A DNA stretch of 64,000 nt from Acidimicrobiia bacterium. GTDB lineage: Bacteria; Actinomycetota; Acidimicrobiia; IMCC26256; JAGPDB01. A program made the position numbers and the translations under genes. The notes under the pieces were generated by a model. That model was given only the letters and a program-made list of their open reading frames with translations. It was not told where the DNA came from and ran no database searches. Below are positions 29,132 to 37,128 of this stretch, piece after piece. The stretch is taken from assembly GCA_018057765.1 (NCBI GenBank), contig JAGPDB010000002.1, forward strand, positions 32,138-96,137, given 5' to 3'. Position 1 is the first letter of the stretch, and each line of letters starts with the position of its first letter.

Positions 29132-30268
29132 CTAACTTCCAAATGTGAATGAATATAGTGCTATATTTTTTTGTTGAGCGCTGAAAGTTAAGATACCTTG
29201 GGTTATTTTTTTAGCATTAATGATATTTACTAAATCTGGTGAAGATACTTCGACACAAGTATCACCGTTACTCTCAACTTTTATATCTTTACCACGCATG
29301 TTTTTTGGAATAGGCTTACCATCAAGTTCGACTTTAAGCTTTGCAACTTGCGATTTATCTGCATTAATATTTTCAGCTACTAAGTTAACTTCAGCAGCTT
29401 TAAAATTAAGCAACATTTTCGAACCAACTTCTTGGAGTACAGTTCGGTCAAGTTGAGAATCTATATTTCCAAAGTATGTAATATTATTAAGAGTTGGTTT
29501 TACTTCTTTTTCAACTTTAGTTATGCCAGAGTTTATATTTGACTTTCCACGGACTGGATTTAAATATAATTCTGGTGTTATATCTTCATTAGAAGTTGTT
29601 TCTTTTGCTCCTGGGAAAATTGCCCGTGGTGAGTCTTTATCTACACCAAGCAATGCTCTAACAACATCTTCTGTTTCTTCGTATCGACCCTCTCCAAAAT
29701 GCTCGTAACGTAATTGTCCTTTTTTATCTGTAATATATTTTGCCGGCCAAAATTCATTCTCAAAGTTATCCCAGTTACTCATATTGTCATCAAATAATAC
29801 CGGCCAATTAACCTTATATTTTTTTGCAGCTTTTTCAACATTAGAATGTATTTTCTCAAAATCAAATTCAGGAGAATGAACACCAAGAATAATGAGGCCG
29901 TCTTTTTCATAGCGGTCATATATTGCGCGTAAGTATGGAAGTGTTCTTTGACAATTGATACAAGAATAGGTCCAAAAATCATATATCACTACAGAACTAT
30001 TTATTTTTTCTTGACTAATACCTTCAGTATTTAACCAACCTAATGAGTCATCAATATTAGGAACTTTAGTTTTAATCACTTCTAGATTATTAGCATCAAC
30101 TTTTGGAAGAACATCTTCAGACTTTACATTTCGCGAAAAGATAACAGCAAATGATCCCGCTATTAATACAGCGACAAGAATAGAAATTGGGATGATGTTG
30201 AATTTCTTCTTATTATTCGAGGCTGTTGCGGGATTTGTAGTTCTTGTGTCTTTATTTTCTGCAGTCAT
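29132..30268 (-). CDS. Membrane-anchored thioredoxin-like (TlpA/ResA-type) thiol:disulfide oxidoreductase with an extra roughly 150-aa C-terminal domain
   Basis: An N-terminal TM helix. A CxxC active site in FWTYSCINCQRTLPYL with a redoxin fold. The stop lies 8 nt from the ccdA start. Confidence 0.8.
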   Translation of the reverse strand: MTAENKDTRTTNPATASNNKKKFNIIPISILVAVLIAGSFAVIFSRNVKSEDVLPKVDANNLEVIKTKVPNIDDSLGWLNTEGISQEKINSSVVIYDFWTYSCINCQRTLPYLRAIYDRYEKDGLIILGVHSPEFDFEKIHSNVEKAAKKYKVNWPVLFDDNMSNWDNFENEFWPAKYITDKKGQLRYEHFGEGRYEETEDVVRALLGVDKDSPRAIFPGAKETTSNEDITPELYLNPVRGKSNINSGITKVEKEVKPTLNNITYFGNIDSQLDRTVLQEVGSKMLLNFKAAEVNLVAENINADKSQVAKLKVELDGKPIPKNMRGKDIKVESNGDTCVEVSSPDLVNIINAKKITQGILTFSAQQKNIALYSFTFGS

Positions 30269-30314
30269 ATTGTATTTACGTTTCAGCTACTCACACTGGA
30301 TTAAATATGACGAT

Positions 30315-30380
30315 ACGACAGGGTCCGTCCCTGCAATAACTGGACATTTTGACTATATTTGACAGAGTCCGTCCCTGAAG
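30315..30380. repeat. Two tandem copies (d and e, minus orientation) of the conserved intergenic hairpin motif
   Basis: cagggtccgtccctgc at 30319-30334 and cagagtccgtccctga at 30363-30378. These are reverse complements of GCAGGGACGGACCCTG and TCAGGGACGGACTCTG. Confidence 0.6.
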
Positions 30381-30708
30381 AGCTAGTGATCGTTGGTTAA
30401 AATATTCGTTCTATATCGCTCTATATAATTAGTATTTTCCGTTGTTTTTGTAAAGTTTAATTGTAAATTAGAAACATATGTACGAAGTAAAATGCTTGTC
30501 AAATATGTCGTACACATTCAAATAAATTTCTTCAACAAATACTTTGTGACAATTAACCCACAACACGATATAAAGTAGGTTCAAATTCATAAACCGAGGT
30601 CGCAGATCTTGTATTGCAACAACTCATATAAAACACCAACTGATTCTTAATGATACGAACTGGGTGATTAGCACAATATATATATTAAGAATTACTATTG
30701 AACTTCTA

Positions 30709-31446
30709 CTATGTATTACTCGCTTTGCTCAGATGATCAGATGCTCCTAAATATAGGGGTGGAAATTTTGCGTTTAAAGTTTTATCAATATTTATCAAAG
30801 GGATAATACTATTTTCTAATAATGAATTCAAAATATTTACTGGGAGTATATCGTCGGTATGTAGGTTCAATGCAATAGCTTCTATATTTCCATTCACCAC
30901 TTCTACAATTTTATCTATTACATCATCTTCATTGTGAGTATCAAAATATTGTTTATCAATGCCACGACAAGAAAGAGCCAAAGGTACGCCAGTTGAATAT
31001 TTAATCTCCATAATTGACTCTAATGCAATGTGCTCATTTATCCAATGTGGTTCTATTACAAGATCTGATGAATATGGTTTAAATTCTAGTTCTGAAGTGT
31101 AGCTGTGAAGTAAGCATTTCTCAGCACCAAAGTTTTTTATGATTTCTGTAGCTAATGAAATTAATTTTTTACTTTTAATATCCAAAACTAAAAATATATT
31201 TGCTGACTTCATCTCATTCAGTACTATATCAAGTTCGAGATTATTTGGTGCTTGTATGTTCATAAATTCATAAAATGAAAGTGGATGACCAATATATGGC
31301 TTTCCATTTTTATCAATAGATAAATCTATTTCTAAGCTTTTCTTTGCCTGCTTCGCTCTATCTAAAATTTCTCGATTTAGTACACGTGTATGAAAATACG
31401 TAAAAGATTTTTGTTTACTTATGATCTCATTAATAGGGTTTGTCAT
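30709..31446 (-). CDS. Hypothetical protein, possibly a GDPD/PLC-like phosphodiesterase (TIM-barrel)
   Basis: 245 aa. An N-terminal FHTR..E.D....GKPYIGH pattern is reminiscent of glycerophosphodiester phosphodiesterases. This is a weak assignment. Confidence 0.45.
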   Translation of the reverse strand: MTNPINEIISKQKSFTYFHTRVLNREILDRAKQAKKSLEIDLSIDKNGKPYIGHPLSFYEFMNIQAPNNLELDIVLNEMKSANIFLVLDIKSKKLISLATEIIKNFGAEKCLLHSYTSELEFKPYSSDLVIEPHWINEHIALESIMEIKYSTGVPLALSCRGIDKQYFDTHNEDDVIDKIVEVVNGNIEAIALNLHTDDILPVNILNSLLENSIIPLINIDKTLNAKFPPLYLGASDHLSKASNT

Positions 31447-31449
31447 TAT

Positions 31450-31911
31450 TCACCTTATATAGGTGCCACTATCACAAACAACCAAAGTGTTAACATCTTC
31501 GAGCACTCCTTTAGCGCTTGCTGTATCTCCTACGTTTAATGATGGTATTTTTATTGCATCTTTATCACAGTTAGACATGCCAGGTGATAGATAAAGTGTA
31601 TAACTTATATTATTTGAAAGAATATTGATTATACCGCTACTATCTGTTTGTAATGGCTTCAAATCAATTAAAGTTACTTTACCGATTATCTCTAATTCTT
31701 TTCCAAGCGATGGATCTAAATGAGGGTTATCAGCAGTATTTATTGGCGCACTAGAGTAGAAACTTATTTTTGTAGTCGTTGTGGAATTTTTTATCGCTGT
31801 TTTTGATTTCGTTTGAGATTCATTTTCATTATTAGAAACTAGAAAAAGAACGATAAACATTATAGATACAACAATAATTGCAGCAGCTAAAAAGAGAATT
31901 CTTTTCTTCAT
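31450..31911 (-). CDS. Hypothetical membrane-anchored or secreted protein (153 aa)
   Basis: An N-terminal TM/signal helix. Separated by 3 nt from the upstream gene start, so likely operonic. Confidence 0.5.
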   Translation of the reverse strand: MKKRILFLAAAIIVVSIMFIVLFLVSNNENESQTKSKTAIKNSTTTTKISFYSSAPINTADNPHLDPSLGKELEIIGKVTLIDLKPLQTDSSGIINILSNNISYTLYLSPGMSNCDKDAIKIPSLNVGDTASAKGVLEDVNTLVVCDSGTYIR

Positions 31912-31948
31912 AGATTTATCTTAGTGTCCATTATGAAGAGAACAAAGT

Positions 31949-32112
31949 ATCACGCCAACACTTCAGTGGATACATCACACTGAAATAAAAAATACAGAGA
32001 GTGGGCCAAGCGGGTTTCCATAGGGAAACCCGGTAACAAACTTAAATCGTCGAATCGCGCCAACACTTCAGTGGATACATCACACTGAAATAAAAAATAC
32101 AGAGAGTGGGCC
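31949..32112. repeat. Pair of 58-bp direct repeats (one mismatch) flanking a 46-bp spacer with a perfect 9-bp-stem hairpin. The second repeat overlaps the 3' end of tRNA-Tyr.
   Basis: atc(a/g)cgccaacacttcagtggatacatcacactgaaataaaaaatacagagagtgggcc occurs at 31949-32007 and 32053-32112. The spacer contains cgggtttcc-ata-gggaaacccg. Confidence 0.75.
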
Positions 32113-32187
32113 GGGTAGGATTCGAACCTACGTAGCTCTCGCAGCAGATTTACAGTCTGCCCCCTTTGGCCGCTCAGGTACCGACCC
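32107..32187 (-). tRNA. tRNA-Tyr (anticodon GUA), type II with a long variable arm
   Basis: The reverse complement reads GGGTCGGTACCTGAGCGGCCAAAGGGGGCAGACTGTAAATCTGCTGCGAGAGCTACGTAGGTTCGAATCCTACCCGGCCCA. No CCA is encoded. Confidence 0.85.
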
Positions 32188-32299
32188 TCTGTAAGGTTTA
32201 CAGGTTATCAAATATATGTATGTATCGCTCGAGTCGTAGAGGTGAATTTGTGGTGATTGTTGTTTAGACTCTAGTATTCAAGTTATATAAGGAGAAGAT

Positions 32300-32791
32300 A
32301 TGCCAAGTTTTGATGTTGTTAGCGAAGTTGATATTCAAGAGGTAAGAAATGCTGTCGATCAAACTGCTCGAGAAGTCGGTACTAGGTTTGATTTTAAAGG
32401 TACCGAATCAAAAATCGAGTTTGATGGAAAAGGTGAAATATCAATTAATTCTGTATCTGAAGATAGAGTTAAAGCTATAATTCAAATCTTAGAAGAGAAG
32501 TTTGTAAAACGCCATGTTTCATTAAAATCGCTAGACCACCAGAATGGTGAAGAAGCTGCAGGTGCTCGTTGGAAACAAATTACTAAATTAGTTCAAGGTC
32601 TGACTACTGAAAAAGCAAAAGAAATAGGAAAATATATAAAAGAAAATGGTACAAAAGGATTGCAACACCAAATCCAAGGCGATCAACTTCGTATTACTGG
32701 TAAAAAGCGTGACGATTTACAGAATGCCATTGCAATGTTAAAAGAACATGATTTTGGAATTCCTTTACAATTTGAAAACTTTAGAGATTAA
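32300..32791 (+). CDS. yajQ: YajQ-family (UPF0234) nucleotide-binding protein
   Basis: 163 aa. Conserved N-terminus MPSFDVVSEVDIQEVRNAVDQTAREVGTRFDFKG. Has an AAGGAG RBS. Confidence 0.9.
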   Translation: MPSFDVVSEVDIQEVRNAVDQTAREVGTRFDFKGTESKIEFDGKGEISINSVSEDRVKAIIQILEEKFVKRHVSLKSLDHQNGEEAAGARWKQITKLVQGLTTEKAKEIGKYIKENGTKGLQHQIQGDQLRITGKKRDDLQNAIAMLKEHDFGIPLQFENFRD

Positions 32792-32811
32792 CTTATTGCA
32801 GCAATGTCCTA

Positions 32812-32840
32812 ATTTGGCAAGGACGGACCCTGCAAACCCT
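32812..32840. repeat. Copy c of the conserved intergenic hairpin motif (aatttgGCAAGGACGGACCCTGCaa)
   Basis: Stem gcaagg/ccctgc (one mismatch) around loop ACGGA. Lies between the yajQ stop and the stop of the MidA-like gene. Confidence 0.6.
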
Positions 32841-32893
32841 GAAAACTACGGCAAACCTTTTGCAAGATTAGCCACATTTTAATCAAAGTATCT

Positions 32894-33967
32894 CTATACT
32901 TGGCGAACAGCACTGAGCACCTGAAAAGAACCCAATCCATTTTCATCTAAAAGTACTTCTCTTTCATTCATGAAACTTTTGGACATATCAACATCAGATC
33001 CATGAGTTGAAAATTGAATTAGTTGATCATATGAACTCTGGTGTTTCTGTGGAACACAAAATAAATCAATATCATTATCATTCAACCATTGGTTTTGTGT
33101 TTGTATCTTTATTTTGGAGAAACCTTCTCTATCAAGTAATACGTATAAATCATTACTTGTAACATCACAAGTGATGTCTCCTTTCTTGCCCTTTACTATT
33201 GCATTTAATACATTGTCAACGCCAACTATTCTTTGATTACTGGAATACATCCTTAACCAATTCTCATCTGCCATATCAGGTATTGCTTTAATATAATCAA
33301 AAAATAATAATTGTAAATCAGTTACATTCATTGTGGCCTGCATAAGTTCATCTATCCACGAAGCTAAACCAACGTGTAAAGGTATTCTAAAATCTCCAAT
33401 ATTATGTGCAACATTAGATCGTGAAAGGTTATCTATATCTCCCGATATTCCAAAAAATGCTGCATACGCTGGTTTGTCAAGATAATCTGGCTCAAAGTTT
33501 GAATACACTTCGCTAACCTTGCCGATATTAAAAATTAGATTATCTAAAAGTTCATTTGCAATTACTAAGGTAGGCTTGTCACACTCTGGAATAGTTCCAT
33601 GGACTGACCAAGAGAATTTAGGTGACAATTTACTTAATTTTTCAGTTACAGCTGCTCTATGTTTCGCAGATATATCAACAAGATAAAATTCTATTTCACT
33701 TGCGTTTTTCATATTAGCCCTAGAAATAGATGCAGCCAATGAGCCCGGCCCACAACCAGCATCAATAACTATTGCCCCACTTGGATTTTTTAGATTATCA
33801 TACCAATCATCAATATAATCAGCAAGGACACGACCAAACAAGTCGCCAACTTCTGGTGACGTTAAAAAATCTTTAGTACGCCCCGAACCTCCACCTTTAG
33901 TATAAAAACCATCGTCACCGTAAAGTACCTCTTGCATATAATCTGCAAAATTATTTTCAATGTCCAT
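32894..33967 (-). CDS. MidA/NDUFAF7-like (DUF185) SAM-dependent methyltransferase. A homologue of the mitochondrial complex I assembly factor 7.
   Basis: The DUF185 signature DFLTSPEVGDLFGRVLADYID. The class I MTase glycine-rich loop VIDAGCGPGSLAASI. 357 aa. Sits immediately downstream of nuoN of the first nuo operon. Confidence 0.75.
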   Translation of the reverse strand: MDIENNFADYMQEVLYGDDGFYTKGGGSGRTKDFLTSPEVGDLFGRVLADYIDDWYDNLKNPSGAIVIDAGCGPGSLAASISRANMKNASEIEFYLVDISAKHRAAVTEKLSKLSPKFSWSVHGTIPECDKPTLVIANELLDNLIFNIGKVSEVYSNFEPDYLDKPAYAAFFGISGDIDNLSRSNVAHNIGDFRIPLHVGLASWIDELMQATMNVTDLQLLFFDYIKAIPDMADENWLRMYSSNQRIVGVDNVLNAIVKGKKGDITCDVTSNDLYVLLDREGFSKIKIQTQNQWLNDNDIDLFCVPQKHQSSYDQLIQFSTHGSDVDMSKSFMNEREVLLDENGLGSFQVLSAVRQV

Positions 33968-34019
33968 TTACAAAGTCTAATGTGAATAACAAGGCCTGTA
34001 AGGACAGTCCCTCTATCCT

Positions 34020-35591
34020 CTATTTTACTAGGACTATTAATTCACCGACTCTGGCAATAATTCCGGGAAAGAAACCGAGCAAAATTGTAACTCCAGCACA
34101 TAATACTATCGCTACTCGAAGTGCTGGAGTTATTACGACAGTAGATTTTTTATCAGCCAACAAAAGAGATCCTTCACTCGTCTCTGGCTGATCAAATAAA
34201 TCTAATTCAGCTGGGTCTTCAAGCCACATGCGCTTTATAATTCCTGCATAATATGTAAATGCAACAACTGAAGTTACAGCTGCAACAATAGCGAGAGTAA
34301 TAGAAGCTACAGAATTGATTTCCAATGCTGCTTTAAACATCACAAATTTTGCAAACCAACCAGCCAAAGGTGGAACACCAGCTAAAGAAAATAAGAAAAT
34401 TGTCAACATTAGAGACAAGAAAGGTTCACGTCTTCCTAGACCATTATATTTTGCTATATCGCCAGAATTAATTCGTCGAGAAATTGCAATAATGCTCGCA
34501 AAGGCTCCTAAGTTAGCGAATAAATAAATCGCTAAATAAATATAAGTTGATTGAACTGCGCTGTTAAAAAATTCATTAGTTCCCAAGGTCGACGTTTTTG
34601 AATTATCGCCATAACCCAATAAAGCAATTGGCAATAAAATAAATCCACCTTGAGCAATTGAGGAATACGCTAACATGCGAACAATATTTGTTTGTTTTAA
34701 TGCAGCAAAGTTTCCGATAATTAAAGATGCTACAACCATTACTGACAGTATTGGCATCCAAATTTCTCTTTCATTTAAAAATGCATACTGGCCTAAAGCT
34801 AAGATACCGACAAAACCAGCACCCTTTGAAAGTACACTTAAAAATGCAGTAACTGGTGTAGGTGCCCCTTCATATACATCTGGTGTCCATTGATGAAAAG
34901 GAACTGAAGAAATTTTGAAAGCAAAACCAATTACGGTAAAGATCACTGCTAAGTGAGCCAAAATAGGGATGTTGTTGCCATAAAAATATTTTTGAATATC
35001 AACAAATTTTGTTGAACCTACAAAACCAACGACAAAGCTCATCCCATAGAGCATTATTGCAGAACTCATAACACCAATTAAATAATATTTTATTCCAGCC
35101 TCATTAGATTTAAGATCACGTTTTCGCCAAGATGCCAAGACGAATGTTGGAATAGTAACAGTCTCGATAGAAACAAATAGAGAGATCAAATCTCGCGACG
35201 ATGAAAGGGTGCTCATACCCAATACTGACATTGTAAGCAAGAACCAAAACTCGGCCTGGAAATAATCTCCTTCGCGAATATAATCCCCACTTAGTAGCAC
35301 GGAAATATACGCACCAACTAAAAAGAATGCTTTAAAAGCCAGCGCTTGATTATCAACAATGTACGAACCGCCAAACATTGATCTGTTTGTTCCATCAATA
35401 GCTAAAGTTATTACTGGAATCAATGCCACTAAAAAAGTTAATGCAGCTATATTTGATGTTTTCCATGATGAACGTTTCTTTAAGAAAAGATCAGCAATCA
35501 AAATTGTTAATGCACCAATTATAATAACGACTTCTGGCGCAAATGCGTGCCAGTCAATCATTGGCGATTTCTGTATAACTATAGCTAACAT
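34020..35591 (-). CDS. nuoN: NADH-quinone oxidoreductase subunit N (cluster 1)
   Basis: A 523-aa polytopic antiporter-like subunit. Last gene of the 11-gene nuo array. Confidence 0.85.
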   Translation of the reverse strand: MLAIVIQKSPMIDWHAFAPEVVIIIGALTILIADLFLKKRSSWKTSNIAALTFLVALIPVITLAIDGTNRSMFGGSYIVDNQALAFKAFFLVGAYISVLLSGDYIREGDYFQAEFWFLLTMSVLGMSTLSSSRDLISLFVSIETVTIPTFVLASWRKRDLKSNEAGIKYYLIGVMSSAIMLYGMSFVVGFVGSTKFVDIQKYFYGNNIPILAHLAVIFTVIGFAFKISSVPFHQWTPDVYEGAPTPVTAFLSVLSKGAGFVGILALGQYAFLNEREIWMPILSVMVVASLIIGNFAALKQTNIVRMLAYSSIAQGGFILLPIALLGYGDNSKTSTLGTNEFFNSAVQSTYIYLAIYLFANLGAFASIIAISRRINSGDIAKYNGLGRREPFLSLMLTIFLFSLAGVPPLAGWFAKFVMFKAALEINSVASITLAIVAAVTSVVAFTYYAGIIKRMWLEDPAELDLFDQPETSEGSLLLADKKSTVVITPALRVAIVLCAGVTILLGFFPGIIARVGELIVLVK

Positions 35592-35594
35592 TAT

Positions 35595-37109
35595 TTATGC
35601 TCCAAAAAGTGCAGCAACTGGTGTTGCGAAATATTTGAATAGTAAATCTGGATAAACACCAAATATAAAAATTGGTATCAATATTGGGGTCCAAGCAAGC
35701 CATTCACTTATATGAACGTCATGGATTTCTTTATCTTTAAACTCGTCATTAACTTCACCAAATGCAACTCTTTGGAACATCCACAATAAATAGGCGGCAG
35801 CTAGAACTGTACCAACGGCAGCAACGACCATGTAGAACCTAAATAGAGGAACACTTAAACCAGGAGCAGGACTAAAGGCACTCAATACTGCTGGAAATTC
35901 TCCCCAGAAGCCAGCCAAGCCAGGAAGGCCAAGTGAAGCCATACAGCAAAGACCGAACAACCAACCCATCTTTGGAATTTGTTTTAGCATACCACCAAGT
36001 CGTGACATTTCACGTGTGTGATATCTGTGTTGAACAGAACCACCAATAAAAAACAACATACCAGTAATTAGACCGTGTGCAAACATTCCAAACAAGGCTG
36101 CATTCATACCGAATTCAGTTCCTGTTGAAATAGCCAACATAACAAAACCCATATGGGCAACTGAAGAAAATGCAATCAAACGTTTCATATCGCTTTGTGC
36201 CAAACAACATAGGGAACCATATATAATACCTATCACTGCCAGACCACCGATATATGGTGACCATGAAGTAAATGCCTTTGGCAATATTGGAATAGCGATC
36301 TTAATAAAACCGTATGTACCAAGCTTTAGCAAAATAGCAGCAAGTATAACTGAACCCTGTGTTGGAGCTTCAGTATGAGCATCTGGTAGCCAAGTATGAA
36401 ACGGGAACATAGGCACTTTAATCGCAAAACCAAGGAACAATCCGCCAAATATTATTAAGCCAGTAGTCTTTGCAATATTTAGCTGACCTGATTGGGCCAT
36501 TGCTGTCAATTCTGGAATTGAGAAGGTATGGCCTCCCTTAAAGAATAGCGCTAAGAAACCTAGAAGCATCATGGCAGAACCGAATAGTGTGAACAAGAAA
36601 AATTTGAGTGAGGCGTATTTACGATTCGAACCACCCCAAACACCAATTAGAAAGAACATTGGAAGTAAAACGATTTCGAAGAAAACAAAGAATAAGATTA
36701 GATCTTGAGCGACGAAAGTACCGTTCATTCCGACTTCTAATAAAAGTGTCATTGCTAGAAATGCTTTTGGAGTCCGCGGGTCTGGGAAATGATCCCAAGA
36801 ATATATGATTACAGATAAGGTAATAAGCATTGAAAGAATCAGCATTGGCAAACCAATACCATCTAGTCCAATTTCGTAGCGAGCATTAATAAGTGGTATC
36901 CACGCTTTATTTCGACCGAACTGTAAGCCTTCTTGGCCAATATTATATCTCACTAATATAGCTATACCTACACCTAGAGTTGCTATTGCTGTACCTAAAG
37001 CAATGGATTTAGCCACCACCTCATTTTTTTTAGGTGTCAGTAAAACACCTACCATTCCAGCTAGTGGAATGAATACTGCCAATGTGAGAGAGATTTTGTC
37101 GAAGTTCAC
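35595..37109 (-). CDS. nuoM: NADH-quinone oxidoreductase subunit M (cluster 1)
   Basis: 504 aa. Mrp-antiporter-like. Positioned between nuoL and nuoN. Confidence 0.85.
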   Translation of the reverse strand: MNFDKISLTLAVFIPLAGMVGVLLTPKKNEVVAKSIALGTAIATLGVGIAILVRYNIGQEGLQFGRNKAWIPLINARYEIGLDGIGLPMLILSMLITLSVIIYSWDHFPDPRTPKAFLAMTLLLEVGMNGTFVAQDLILFFVFFEIVLLPMFFLIGVWGGSNRKYASLKFFLFTLFGSAMMLLGFLALFFKGGHTFSIPELTAMAQSGQLNIAKTTGLIIFGGLFLGFAIKVPMFPFHTWLPDAHTEAPTQGSVILAAILLKLGTYGFIKIAIPILPKAFTSWSPYIGGLAVIGIIYGSLCCLAQSDMKRLIAFSSVAHMGFVMLAISTGTEFGMNAALFGMFAHGLITGMLFFIGGSVQHRYHTREMSRLGGMLKQIPKMGWLFGLCCMASLGLPGLAGFWGEFPAVLSAFSPAPGLSVPLFRFYMVVAAVGTVLAAAYLLWMFQRVAFGEVNDEFKDKEIHDVHISEWLAWTPILIPIFIFGVYPDLLFKYFATPVAALFGA

Positions 37110-37128
37110 TTTATCTCTACCTTTCTTA

